A stretch of 64,000 bases of DNA from Eledone cirrhosa. Taxonomy: Eukaryota. The notes beneath the pieces were generated by a model, which was not told the origin of the DNA, did no database searches, and worked only from the letters and a program-made list of their open reading frames with translations. Below are positions 13,632 to 26,599 of the stretch, in pieces (within the stretch, counting starts at the first letter, position 1; each line of letters begins with the position of its first letter). The stretch lies in the NCBI GenBank assembly GCA_964016885.1, contig OZ024750.1, positions 29,636,001-29,700,000 on the forward strand. The letters run 5' to 3'. A program made the translations under genes and the position numbers.

Positions 13632-14487
13632 AAAAATGTTTCTATTTTCTTTTTCTTTTTCTTTTTCTTCTTGGAAAGGGTAGCTTCTAATGTTTTTTGA
13701 TACCATAAGTAATGCATAAGGACCAGAGGAAATGTTCAGTTAGAGGTCTCCGGGCGAGCTTACCCCGTCTTTGCCATTCATTTTGGAAAATCATATAAAG
13801 GTCCATGGTTTGACCAGGTCACTCGATCTCCTGGAGATAGCAGTTAAACCCCGCTTAACTCATCATACCCTACCGCCTTGAAAAATAAAAAAGGGAGAGG
13901 GCTGAGCACAGTGGAAAATATAGCCCCTGATATATAAATGGGTGGGCACATTGAAAAATATAGCCCCTGATTTATAAATGAATGGGCACGGCTGTAACGC
14001 CTTTGAAAATAAAGGTGGGCACATTGGAAACTATAGCCCCTGATATATATTAATGGATGGGCATGGTTGTAACGTCTTTGAAAATGAGGTCTTCTCAATC
14101 AGGATTGTCCTGAAGCTAAACAACAGCAATAACAACAACAACAAATAAAGAGTGTTGTATTACTGAATCTTAAAATATTACAATTTTATACAAATTTGTA
14201 TAATTAAATAAAATATGTAATCATTTACTGCAATCAATAAACATTTTCGCTGCGAGGAGAGAGATTCGTATGATGTTTTGACCTGTAATTGGATTTGGCG
14301 TGGGTGAATGTGGAGTGTGTAGTAAGAAATTCAGGTTTATGAATTTACTTAGTGTGGTCAGATCAAGAAGTATGGAAAATTAGGTTGGTCAGTTGACCAA
14401 ACTGTGAGATAAAATTATTTTATTTGGGAGAATTGGGCGCAAAACTAGGAGAAGAGGGTGAACATTGTAGAGATAGATTAGGGGATG

Positions 14488-15025
14488 AAATACCCAGGAA
14501 AACATTGTAGAGCTAACCTAGAGTGTTAAATACCCAGGTACATATTGTAGAGTTAACCTAGGGTGCTAAATACCCAGGAACACATTGTAGAGCTAACCTA
14601 GGGTGTTAAATACCCAGGTACATATTGTAGAGTTAACCTAGGGTGCTAAATACCCAGGAAAACATTGTAGAGCTAACCTAGAGTGTTAAATACCCAGGTA
14701 CATATTGTAGAGTTAACCTAGGGTGTTAAATACCCAGGAACACATTGTAGAGCTAACCTAGGGTGTTAAATACCCAGGTACATATTGTAGAGCTAACCTA
14801 GGGTGCTAAATACCCAGGAACACATTGTAGAGCTAACCTAGAGTGTTAAATACCCAGGAACACATTGTAGAGCTAACCTAGGGTGTTAAATACCCAAGTA
14901 CACATTGTAGAGCTAACCTAGGGTGTTAAATACCCAGGTACATATTGTAGAGCTAACCTAGGGTGCTAAATACCCAGGAACACATTGTAGAGCTAACCTA
15001 GGGTGTTAAATACTCAGGTACACAT
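14488..15025. repeat. 40-bp minisatellite, about 13 units
   Basis: Unit AAATACCCAGG(A/T)ACA(C/T)ATTGTAGAG(C/T)TAACCTAGGGTGTT. Confidence 0.97.
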
Positions 15026-15137
15026 TTGGGGGTTTGAAATCAGAACAAGGTGACAAATAGAACTCCTTAACCACACATACCTACCTGCCTCTAATTGTTT
15101 GTATGTGTGTGTGCACGTACGTATGTATGTCTATAAG

Positions 15138-15182
<45 letters not shown>

Positions 15183-15257
15183 TGTGTCTGTGTGTATATA
15201 TATGTGTATGTATATATATATATATATATATAGTGTGTGTGTGTGTATATATATATA

Positions 15258-15288
<31 letters not shown>

Positions 15289-15348
15289 GTGTGTGTGTGT
15301 GTGTGTATATATATAGTGTGTGTGTATATATATGTGTGTGTATGTATA

Positions 15349-15394
<46 letters not shown>

Positions 15395-15506
15395 CGTGTG
15401 TGTCTATGCTTGGTTACATGTAAACGTGATATGTATCGTTAATCATATTTTCATGCATGACACACTTACAATGGAGCTGGTACTTTCTGTGTACACACAC
15501 GCACAT

Positions 15507-15572
<66 letters not shown>

Positions 15573-16310
15573 TTATATGTATAGATATTTATATTTCCAC
15601 TTCTCGCTCTAATTACAGTACACACACCAACGAAGTCAACGGTTAAATACCCCACCTTCCACCCACCCGTACATTTTTGAACTTCTCGATTGAAATTTTA
15701 TAGCACACCATATCTGATTGTGAGGATGAGGGGGGTGGGGGTACTGGTGGTGGGGGTGTGGATGAGGGGGTTGGGGTTGGGTACTGGTGGTGGTGGTGGT
15801 GTGGATGAGGGGAGTGGGGGTACTGGTGGTGGTGGTGGGGTGGGGGGGGGGTACTGGTGGTGGTGGTGTGGATGAGGGGGTGGGGTACTGGTGGTGGTGG
15901 TGGGGATGAGGTGGTGGTGGTGTGGATGAGGAGGTGAGGTACTGGTGGTGATGGTGAGGATGAGGGGGTGGGGTACTGGTGGTGGTGGTGTGAATGAGGA
16001 GGTGGGGTACTAGTGGTGGTGATGAGGATGAGGGGGGGGGGGGGAGTACTGGGGGGGGGGGATGAGGAGGTGGAGTGGTGGTGGTGGTGTGTAGGAGGTA
16101 CCGGTCGTGGTGGTAGTGGTGTGGTGGTGTCGGTGGTGGTGGTGGGGAGGAAGTACCGGTGGTGGTGGTGGTGGTGGTGTGGAGGAGGCGCCGATGGCGG
16201 TGGTGGGGCTGCGGGGTCTATTGGTTTGATGGGACCCTAATGAGAAGTTACAAAGTTCGGTCATTAAGGAAGCCATACACACACACGCACACACATACAT
16301 ATACATATAT

Positions 16311-16715
16311 ACATGGTGGCTGCCAACTCGTTTTCGAGTACGGCCACTACATTATATCCATGTAGGAGAACCTCTACCGATTCGCTGAACGAGTGTGACT
16401 TTTTAGTCCAGCCAGCGACTTGAAAACTCTGGTACAAACACTACACTTGTGACAATTATTGACACATAGTGCTGGGCCCATGGTACCATGTGAGGACAAG
16501 TGCAGAGAGATCTCCAGATATAAAGCAATGCCTGTGCCGTGAAGCTTTTATAGTGAGCAAAGGCACTGCACAAAGCCAGTCCCACTCTCTTAACCAAGAT
16601 GATATTTACCAAAAAGAATAACAAGTCAACATCATTGGATACCATCAGGGTTGCAGGTGTTATATCAGAGTTTTCCTTCTCCTAGAATTCTGCCTTGACA
16701 AAGGCTAAGGGGTCA
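16311..16715 (-). mobile_element. Non-autonomous retroelement with (ATGT)n tail, probably RTE-related; second copy at 60004-60390
   Basis: About 390 bp nearly identical to 60004-60390 in opposite orientation; begins CTAGGAGAAGGAAAACT, ends GGCAGCCACC(ATGT)n; diverged copy at 25530-25800. Confidence 0.75.
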
Positions 16716-16841
16716 TCTCTCCATACAAACACACATACATACATATACATACAAACACACATACATACACATACATACATACAAACACACATACATACAT
16801 ATACATATACATACACATACAAACATACATACATACATAAG

Positions 16842-16931
<90 letters not shown>

Positions 16932-17016
16932 ACATGTAAACAGAAATAACACAGTAAACCACACAGTACAATGAAGAAATATATTAGTTTAACGCTTGAT
17001 ATAGTAGGAAAAGAGT

Positions 17017-17050
17017 CTTAACGTTTCGGACACTAGTTCTTCATCAGAAA
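17017..17050 (-). ncRNA. Minimal hammerhead ribozyme motif (GAAACGUU type)
   Basis: UUU CUGAUGA A GAAC UAGU GUCC GAAA CG UU/AAG with one mismatch in stem II; related degenerate copies at about 23020-23045 and 63168-63210. Confidence 0.6.
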
Positions 17051-17189
17051 ATAGAATGAGAAATAAAAGATGAAATAGAAAGGTAGAGAATAAAAAGACG
17101 AAGGAACGGAAAAACTATTTTTTAATAGAAAAAACACGTGTGCATTCGGCCATTTTGGAGAAAAGTATAATATATATTGATTTAATATG

Positions 17190-17475
17190 GCTAAGGCGGC
17201 GAATTGGCAGAATCGTTAAGACGTCGGATAGAATGCTTTACGGTATTCATCCCACCTCATTGCGTGCTCTGAGTTCAAATTCCGCCGGGGTCAACTTTGC
17301 CTTTCATCCTTTTGAGGTCGATAAAAAAGCACCAGTTCAGTACTGTGGTTGATTCTTCCTCTATAGTAAAAATCTGCTGTGTTCAGACCTGGAGAGGGTT
17401 GGGCTCCACCAGGTTTAAATGTGCCCTAGACATGCCGTATGACAGTACCTCTACGACTCCACAAGGAGTTATGGC
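17190..17475 (+). mobile_element. Composite SINE family A
   Basis: GGCAGAATCGTTA A-box, GAGTTCAAATTCCGCC B-box, central domain, 3' CCTGG..CCAGG module. Confidence 0.8.
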
Positions 17476-17544
17476 AGCTTTATCCTTTATGGCTAACAGT
17501 GAGTCTTGTTACTCTGGAGCTTCACATGCGCACTCACAGGAGAA

Positions 17545-17900
17545 ATCAGACAGAATAAAAGCTGTTTTAAACTATCAAAAAGAGGTATCCATACCATGGT
17601 AGATTTGGTGATAGCAGGTGTTCTAAACCAACAGAAAGAGGTATACATACCTTTGTAGATTTTGGATATCTGCTGTTCTATACTAATAGAAAAAGGTATC
17701 TATACCATGGTAGATTTGGTGATAACAGGTGTTCTAAGCCAAGAGATAGAGGTACCTATACTATTTTAGATTTGATGATACCTGCTGTTCTAAACAGAAA
17801 GAGTGTCTCTTGAGATAAAGATTTTGTGATGCTTGCAGTCCTAAACTAAGAGAAAGTGGTGTCTTGTAATAAAAGATGTTCTCAACTATCAGAAAAAGCC
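17545..17900. repeat. Degenerate tandem repeat with about 55-57-bp units
   Basis: Recurring (G/C)TGTTCTAAAC..AGAAAGAGGTAT..ATACC.TGGTAGATTTGGTGATA. Confidence 0.7.
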
Positions 17901-18309
17901 ATCCATACCCACAAACTTAATCCCAACACATCTGCACTAATTTAACCCCATTTTTTAAACACTTCTCGCCTCATCTACCACAAGTTGTCGGCATTACCTT
18001 TCTTTATTTAGGAAATCACGATCTTTCTCGATAGTTAATATTGCAATTTAGAACTCATTATTATCACATTTAGAAATCATTGCTGTTTAGCCTTAGTGTA
18101 ACAGCTATGATTGGGTAGACATTTGATCCCAGGTGTTCCAGCTATGTCTATCCCGTTTTAAATTTAATCAGTGTATCAAATCAAAGACTACATTATGCTA
18201 CAACGAATCCTACATGTATTTAAAAAAAAAAAAGACCGTAGGGAGTGATTTGAAGGAAATTTGGTTGCTATTTTTAGCATGTCAAACGATATCTTAGAGG
18301 TTCCGTCTC

Positions 18310-18714
18310 CGACTATTGGCTTCTGTGGTCTTTACTGTTCCCACTGTTCTCAAGTTGCTACTTTGAAGAGCTGATTAATAATTAAGTTGAAGGGTTACAC
18401 TGTTTTCGTAACACCTCTAGGGATAATTAAGATATCTTGTTACACCTTGGTGAAACTTTCGTGATTTCTATGTTCTCATGGTGTTTATGACAAGAAGAAA
18501 CTAAAAACCACCTTTTTTGATAAACAGTCAATCTAGTCTGACATTTATAGACTTCACCCGAGGACCCCACTGCTGCTCTAATTTCCTCTAAATATGACCT
18601 GGTCACTAATATAGGTGTATTGATCTGGTTTTTTTTAGAAATGACAAACGGGTTCTTCTTAACTCCCACTTCTTTCTTAAATATAACTCTTGTCAGATAT
18701 CTCTCCAATGTCAT
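18310..18714 (-). pseudogene. Decayed pogo/Tigger-type DDE transposase fragment
   Basis: Minus-strand frames give VIFKK..., then DILIIPRGVTKTV*PFNLIINQLFK and, after a shift, LEKQWEQ, resembling the pogo motif IPGGxTxxxQPLDxxINKPFKxxLRxxW. Confidence 0.5.
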
Positions 18715-18742
18715 GTATAAGTTAGTATATACCGTGTACCGC

Positions 18743-19071
18743 CGGCATTCCCAGTCCCGGTTATTCGCGGGATTTTCCTCTGAACCTAACTAATAATTGT
18801 GGAAACCACCACATATTCGCGGAATCGTGAATATCTTCCGCGATTTTTTTAATGAGTTTTTTTCGTGGCAATATATATATTTTTTAACGCTAAATTATTA
18901 ATAACAATATACTGTATTTGCCGATCTACTGGACGCCCCCTTCGCATAAGACGCTCCTTTTTTTAATTATATTTTACGTTATTTTGACGTTTATAGGCAT
19001 TTTTATGGACCACGTCCAATCTTCACGGGTGGTCTTGGAACGTAAGCCCCGCGAATACCGGGGGAATACTG
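18743..19071. mobile_element. Tc1/mariner (Tigger-like) MITE
   Basis: Imperfect TIRs: left C(G)GCATTCCC..CCCGGTTATTCGCGGG, right CCCCGCGAATACCGGGGGAATACTG. Confidence 0.6.
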
Positions 19072-19097
19072 TGCATATATATATTTATATATATATA

Positions 19098-19313
19098 TAG
19101 TCTGTTCGCTTTTGAGGGAACTTGAATTACGCGAATTTGCTTTGACGCCTCTTGAAAAAAATATTATTAAATATTCACTTTGCGCGAATAACGCGTTATA
19201 ACGCGTGTAGTATTTAATTTTTTTATTTATCAGAAATATAGGCTTAAATTACGCGAATTTGCTTTACGCGTCGCGTTCACAAACGCATCTTCGCGTAAAA
19301 AGCGAACACACTG
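19098..19313. mobile_element. Tc1/mariner-type MITE with TA flanks
   Basis: TIRs TA-TAGTCTGTTCGCTTTT and AAAAAGCGAACACACTG-TA; internal TTACGCG repeats. Confidence 0.7.
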
Positions 19314-19389
19314 TATGTGTGTATATATATATGTATGTGTATACATGTAAGTGTATATATGTATATATATATATCGATGTATGTATATA

Positions 19390-19422
<33 letters not shown>

Positions 19423-19653
19423 TTCTTCCAAACTCTCGTTTGGAGTCATCGGAGCATAATCAATGTTTGTACATGTAATTAACCTCCTATTCAACTGAAC
19501 AACATCAATATATATGTATCTATATTATTGTTCAGTTGAATACATAAATATATATATCTAAGTTATGTGTGTCACTACAGTTATATATACACACACACAC
19601 ATACATAGTCATAAGCACATACAAACTTGCATGAGCGAACGTGGGAAAACATA

Positions 19654-19729
<76 letters not shown>

Positions 19730-20697
19730 GTTTGCAGTGTCAGATTAGGTTGGTGCGGGGTTTGTAGCATATATCATCAAGGGACGCAAATATATTTTAA
19801 AATAAGACAAAGGTTAAAGTTAATATTACACTATAGTAGAAAACACTTATCGCATGGTCCCTGGAAATGTGGGACCCGTGGCAGATGTTACTCTTGTTAC
19901 GGTGTTAATCTGGCCCTGTGTGTGTGTGTGTTGTATTCTCAACATATTTCAATAGACAGACTGTTGTTTTACACATACGCATTTACGGGTAAGTAAACAA
20001 TTATTCTATGCTTTGTGTGTTTTTACGTACTATTAGGATTCGAGTAGGGTGCTTGTTGTATATTCTCTGATACCAATCTGTTATCTTTCCAATCACGGTT
20101 ATTTTAACTAGTTTCCTAACCTCTGGATAACGTGTTTTATTAACTGAAGGTTTTGTGACTTGTCTCGTTGTATTTGCTTTCTATCTGTTTGACAGTTGTT
20201 TCGTAAAATTTGTTGTGTTCACTCAGATATTTATTGGCTGGACATGTGGGGTCAATAGAAGATGTAGGGTTTATAGTTGGTGTAGGGTTCGTTAGAGAGT
20301 TGGATATTTGTTCCAAGTCTTTGCATTCTCAATTCAAATCTCAACCGGCGTCCACTTTGCATTTCTTCTTTTCGGGGTCGATAAAGAAAGTACCAGTGTT
20401 CCGCTCGATCAAGGCGGAGAGGTTCAAGATTGAGAGGGTGGTGCCTGTCTCTACTGGCGACTGCATGGGCACTTAAAACACTCAGTGAAAACATGATACA
20501 TGCGACCAAGTCCTAGTCGATTGCTAGTGACAACTGTAGTTAGTTCTGATGAAGCAAGAAGTTAAGATGAAGTAAATTAGAAAACAAGGCGCGGGGGTGG
20601 GGGTGAAATGACTAAATGAATTAATTACAAATAAAAATAAAATAAAATAGTTTGTGTTAATTATGGGAAAGCCGGGTAATATTACCATCACGCTAAC

Positions 20698-20762
<65 letters not shown>

Positions 20763-20778
20763 TGTGTATGTGTGTGTG

Positions 20779-20818
<40 letters not shown>

Positions 20819-21484
20819 CAATGAGATGAAGAATATAAGTCCTTTACTTAACGGTTATTTTATTTTAAAATATTTGAATGCACACGATAAAGAAAGAAAA
20901 GAAAGAAAGGAAAGAAAGAATGAGAAGGAATGAAGAATGAAAGGGAAAACAAATGAAGGAAAGAAAGAAAGAAAAGACCCGAAACAGAAAAACGACAACC
21001 ATTCACGTGACCTCGTCTCGTAATGAAAGAACAGACATTTTTTTTTCTGCGATTGTTGTGACATCTGATACGTTAGCAAGAAAAGATAATAATAATAATA
21101 ATAATAATAATAATGTTTTCTTTATTAACCACAAGGGTTCACATAAAGTAGACATTAAGGACGGTACAGGACAATACAGGACGGTACAAATGGGCATTTC
21201 TGCGTGTAAAAAAACAGAGGTTGAAATAAAATAACAAAGAAAAATTCCCCAATAGGGGGGAGACTTCCAAGGGACATTTGTGGAGAAAGCCCATTAAAAG
21301 ACCACAGTGACCCTGACCACCAGGGCAAGTGCCCTCTCCCAGTTTTCCACCTTTAATTTACAGACACATACTCAGAGAAGGCCCATTCACTCGGGCCATA
21401 CTTGCTTCTCTCACCCATCTTTCAACAAAATGCTGGGAAGAGAGCACTTCCCTCTCTACCCTGATTTTCCTTTTATCAAAAATA

Positions 21485-21695
21485 ATGATTTCTACTATAG
21501 GCACAAGGCCAGCAATTTTAGGGAGGAGGAAGTCGATTAAATCGACCCCAGTGCGTGACTGGTACTTTATTTTATCGACCTCGTAACGATGAAAGGCAAA
21601 GTTAACCTCGGCGGGATTTGAACTCAGAACGTAAAGGGGCGTAACTCTATGTACTCTGCAAAGTATGGTGTCTGACGCTCTACTGATACTGCCAA
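21485..21695 (-). mobile_element. SINE family A, near full length
   Basis: Complete head, central domain and tail in reverse orientation. Confidence 0.85.
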
Positions 21696-21844
21696 CAATA
21701 ACAACAATAACGAGGCAGGAGTTTGATTTCTTTGTTATATTAAAAAAAGCAAGAAAACGTCTGTTGATGTTGGTTTGACTTTGTTACGTCAGATAGAGTT
21801 TACTGTTTTCCCTGGTTATGTTTTCATCATGGTGTCAGCGGGGG

Positions 21845-22284
21845 CAGAGTAGGATTTACGTATAAGCTAAACAAGCTAACGTATAAGCTAAACAAGCTAT
21901 AGCTTAGGGCCCCCACTTTCTTGGGGCCTCGAAAAAATTGGAAAAAAAAAACGGTGTGTACATTTCCAAAATATAAGATAAAAAAGAACTAAAATAATTG
22001 TTTCTACTTTTGGCACAAGGCCAGCAATTACCCAGTGCATTACTGGTACTTTATTTTATCGACCCCGTAAGGATGAAAGGCAAAGTTAATCTCGGCGGGA
22101 TTTGAACTCAGAATGGCAAGGGCCGTAACTCTATGCCTCAAAGCACTAAAAATGAACTAAAATAATGCAATAGTTTTAAACAGTTTTCTGCTTTAATATT
22201 GAACGTTTTGCAATGTTTATAACATTTAAAGGACCGCATCATCTCAAATAGCTTAGGGCCTCATCAAATCTAAATCCGGCCCTG
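21845..22284. mobile_element. hAT-like MITE with 8-bp TSD and a nested family A SINE
   Basis: TIR CAGAGTAGGATTTA / TAAATCCGGCCCTG; TSD AGCGGGGG / AGCGGGGA; nested minus-strand SINE at about 21999-22153 flanked by 13-bp TSD GAACTAAAATAAT. Confidence 0.8.
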
Positions 22285-22860
22285 AGCGGGGAAGTTATAC
22301 CACTTAGATACCGGTGGACAGTCCCCCCCCCCGCACTCTACTTTCACCTCTACCTAGACACGCGTGGACAGTCTGTCTACCCCTCTCTTTGCTTCACCCA
22401 CATAGATACGGATGGGCAGTCTAACCACTTCCTCTCCACCCCAGCTACCACCTATACAGGTGGACAGTCCACTTCATCTCTTCACCTCCACCCTATCTAC
22501 CACCCACACTGAAGTGTTGTCTACCTTCTCTCTCTTCACCCACCCACACTCAAGTGTAGTCTACCCCTCCCTCTTCACCCACCCAGACACATGTATACAT
22601 ACTTTAAAACTAATTATACTATATTGTATAACACAAACATATAAATCTTGATTATAAACACACACACACGCACACACACACACACACACATATTTATATA
22701 TAAACCATTGAAAAAAATGTATATAATATATACACTCACATACCATTGAAAATAATTACACACACACACACACGCGCACACATATGTATATATGTGTGTG
22801 CATATATATATAAGTATATATTATATCTATATCTATACACACACACACACACACACACAT

Positions 22861-22926
<66 letters not shown>

Positions 22927-23113
22927 GCAAGTCAAAGCTCTAAAAAAGGTCAGTATCAGATAACAAAACATTATAAATAGTATATATTAGTTTAACGCTT
23001 TTGAGAAATTAGAAAGGAGTTTTAACGTTTCGGACGCCAACCCTTCTGAGCCGCGGTGCTCATGCTTAAGTATCATGCGATGGCATTATTCGAAAATCGA
23101 GTTTCAGCCATCA

Positions 23114-23179
<66 letters not shown>

Positions 23180-23212
23180 GCGTGTGCGTGTGTGTGTGTG
23201 TAATAATAACAT

Positions 23213-23460
23213 TAAGAAAGATGCTGAGGTTACATAAATCGTTTATTCATTATAATTATTTCAACGGTTCTCCCATGCAATCAAGATGTAATTCATGCAT
23301 TTGTTGTTGTTATGCCGGCGGCATATCACAAAATCGAATTTCATCCGAAGATACCGTTCTCATAACAACAACAAATGCATGAATTACATCTTAATTGCAT
23401 GGGAGAACCGTTGAAATAATTATAACGAATAAACGATTTATGTAACATCAGTATCTTATT
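23213..23460. mobile_element. Foldback element with about 100-bp arms and degenerate hammerhead-like motifs
   Basis: Arms about 23213-23313 and 23361-23460; CAU CUUGAUUGC AUGG GAGAA CCGU U GAAA UAAUUA UA/AUG with palindromic stem III but non-canonical core. Confidence 0.6.
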
Positions 23461-23464
23461 GACA

Positions 23465-23660
23465 GTAAGGGCGTTGGATTGGCAGTATCGGTAGAGGGTC
23501 GGACGCCATGCTTTGGCGCATAGAGTTACGGCCCTTGCCATTCTGAGTTCAAATCCCGCCGAGGTTAACTTTGCCTTTCATCCTTACGGGGTCGATAAAA
23601 TAAAGTACCAGTAATGCACTGGGATAATTGCTGGCCTTGTGCCAAACGTAGAAACAATTA
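23465..23660 (+). mobile_element. SINE family A, full length
   Basis: GGCAGTATCGGTAGAG, GAGTTCAAATCCCGCC, central domain, tail GTAGAAACAATT. Confidence 0.9.
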
Positions 23661-24194
23661 TTATACCGAATCTCCATCGTAACTAAAAACTACGAATGTT
23701 GAGATCTTTCTCCTGCTTGCTCCTGTTTTTACCAAAACAATCTCTTCGGAACACAATATATATGTATGCAGTGCTTTCTTCTCTGTGTTGGTTATATTGT
23801 TTACTCATTTCATTTCGTCAAATGACATGTCACCGCCACCGTTCTTAACACCTTTTACTCCGACCTACACTCACATTAATTCTCTGAGTCTAACTCTTCG
23901 GAGTGCATTAAACAACTTATACTTCCACTCACTTTACTACAGCTGTCACACAATATCTGTTGATCTGGTTAGTGTGACAACAAACAACAACCATATTCTT
24001 AATATCGTCATTGTCATCATCATCATCGTCATCATCACCGTTTTTATGTCGACCTTTCCATGCTGGTATGGGTTTGAGGGGACTTTTTGAGGCAATGTTT
24101 TACGGCCTGATGCCCTCCCTAGCACCAATCATTTTAGTCACTTCTTATGACATGCATATATAATAATGGCGAGGACTTCGCTATGAAGATACCT

Positions 24195-24500
24195 ATCAGT
24201 CGGGTAACATACTTTGCGGCATATAGTTACGATCCTTTACGTTCTGAATTGAAATCCCGCCGGGGGTCAACTTTGCCCTTTATCCATTCGAGGTCGATAT
24301 AAAAAGTACCAGTCAAGTACTGGGATCTATTCTTCCTGCATATCTATTTCTCACTTCCATTATCTCACTCTCTCTTTCCTTTATTGGAGGAAACCTGCTG
24401 TATTCAAACCTGGAGAGGAGATGGGGTCTACCAAGTTTAAAAACGCCCTTGCAATGCCGTATGTCAATACGACTCACTCAGGCGTTACGGGTCCATGTAT
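24195..24500 (+). mobile_element. Composite SINE family A
   Basis: Degenerate B-box, central domain, 3' hairpin module. Confidence 0.7.
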
Positions 24501-24519
24501 ACATGCATGCACATGTCAG

Positions 24520-24850
24520 GTCCTCTTTGCCTTCTCTGCGTACATGCATGCTGGTGACTGATGTGATCGATCTCGGCCCCTGATACAGCCCTTCCACCAG
24601 GATCTTCTCTCCTCCTGGCTGATTGTTTGCCTCAAATGCGCTGGTAGTCAACTGGATGTTACAGCACCAAACATTGTGGTCAGCTGCCTGGGTGGTCCGC
24701 TGGTGGGGGTTGTTGTTACATATTTTCAGGTTGTCTTTTAGTATGCCCTTGTAGCACTTCTTAGGGCGCACCGCTGTTCCGACAGCCAAGAGTGGGATCT
24801 TTGGAAGGCGATGGTCTGCCATTTTGGAAACATGTCCTGCTAAGTGCAGC
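24520..24850 (-). pseudogene. RTE-clade LINE ORF2 C-terminal fragment
   Basis: LAGHVSKMADHRLPKI...RPKKCYKGILKDNLKICN...AADHNVW...FE matches the RTE motif WAGHVxRMxDxRLPK..RPKKRYKD.LK..LK. Confidence 0.8.
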
Positions 24851-24894
24851 TGTAATTACATGAGCGTGGTTTCGATACTCCTGATCTTGGCTTT

Positions 24895-24949
<55 letters not shown>

Positions 24950-24954
24950 GCGTG

Positions 24955-25075
24955 TGAAGGCGCGTGGCTGAGTGGTTAGAGAATTGGATTCGCAATCGTG
25001 AGTTTGGAATTTCGATTCTCAGACCGGGTGATGCGTTGTGTCCTTGAGCAAGACACTTTATTTCACGTTGCTCTT
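24955..25075 (+). mobile_element. tRNA-derived CORE-like SINE, family B
   Basis: GAAGGCGCGTGGCTGAGTGGTTAG, TTCGATTC, GTTGTGTCCTTGAGCAAGACACTT. Confidence 0.8.
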
Positions 25076-25210
25076 TCTGCCTGGAGTTACGACAGACGGA
25101 TAGTATTAGTAATTGGAAAGACCAATGGAAACATTGTTTCCTCGGTCCGATTTGATGAGCTCCACCCCACTCGTTTAGCGAATGAGGTCTGGGATCTTGT
25201 CGATCGAATG

Positions 25211-25287
<77 letters not shown>

Positions 25288-25297
25288 ATATATATAT

Positions 25298-25505
25298 AAC
25301 GGAGGAAATGTGGTAAGGAACCAGGTGGACCATAACGCACCAAAGTACTCAATACTTAGGATAGTAGAGTGGGTAATAGGAACGAGTAGGACCCCGACGG
25401 CTGAGCTCAAGCCATTTCGACGGCTAATTCTGGACCCTTAGACCCGGTTCAGAATTAGCCGTCGAAACGGCTTGAGCTCAGCTGTCGGGGTCCTACTCGT
25501 TCCTA
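25298..25505 (-). mobile_element. Foldback element in (TA)n with two hammerhead 3' halves (family D)
   Basis: Palindrome 25376-25505; GAA ACGGCU UGAGCUC AGC(C/U)GU C/GGGGUCC on both arms; CUGANGA absent; tail 25298-25375 contains GAGTAC. Confidence 0.75.
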
Positions 25506-25807
25506 TATATATATATATATATATATATACATGATGGCTGTAAACTCTGCTAAGAGTACTGCAATCGCTTGTCATATTATAGAGTTTAGTGCACTTTTAG
25601 GCTACGGCCAGCCGCACGAACCTGTAACATATCCTGAACAAGCAATGCCTGTGCTTTGAAGGTTTTTTAAGTGGGGAAAGGCCTTGCACTCGACCAACCC
25701 CACTCTCTGAGCATCAAAAACACTACCCGAAAAGGAGAACTGGTCAACATCATCGGATACTTCCGAAGCTGCAGGTTTTTTTTTCTTTTTCAGTGTTTCC
25801 CTCTCCT

Positions 25808-25868
<61 letters not shown>

Positions 25869-25979
25869 GAAACGTTCATTCTCAAATTTAACTAAAGATT
25901 TTGTCTTTATACTTGTTTTTAGGAAAATTTCATTCTCAAATTTAACCAAACTTTCTACTACTACTACTACTACTACTAG

Positions 25980-26024
<45 letters not shown>

Positions 26025-26214
26025 CACTGCTGCTGTTGGTATTGTTACTATTATTACTACTACTGCTGCTGCTGCTGCTGTTGTTTCTGTTATCTTATTT
26101 TCTTATTCTCCATCTGATCTTCCTAATATTCGGAAGTATTTGAAAAGCTACACCGCCTTCCGAGCTATTTTTATTGAAGTTGATAATACTTTCTGCCGTT
26201 ATGACATCATCATC

Positions 26215-26330
<116 letters not shown>

Positions 26331-26599
26331 GATATTTGTCTGTCAATAGTGCAATCTTTTAAAACCAAACCCCGTTTAATATTACACACCACGACGGTGT
26401 TTCCCCACCCCCCACCCCCCAGGGCCATGAGAGCCACGGTGTTTACCAGTTCTCACAGACGAATGGCGCTCAATTCCATAACGTAACACTCCGTTCTTTT
26501 CTGACTCGTCGTCATTTCTCCTGGTCTCTTCTTCTTTGTTGTTGTTCTTGTTGTTGTTGTTGCCGTTACTATTTTTACATTTGCATAATAACAATAATA

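Noticed and set aside
16403-16645. 80-aa ORF conserved with 60055-60297
   Set aside because: Conservation reflects two young copies of one repeat; no protein similarity recognised
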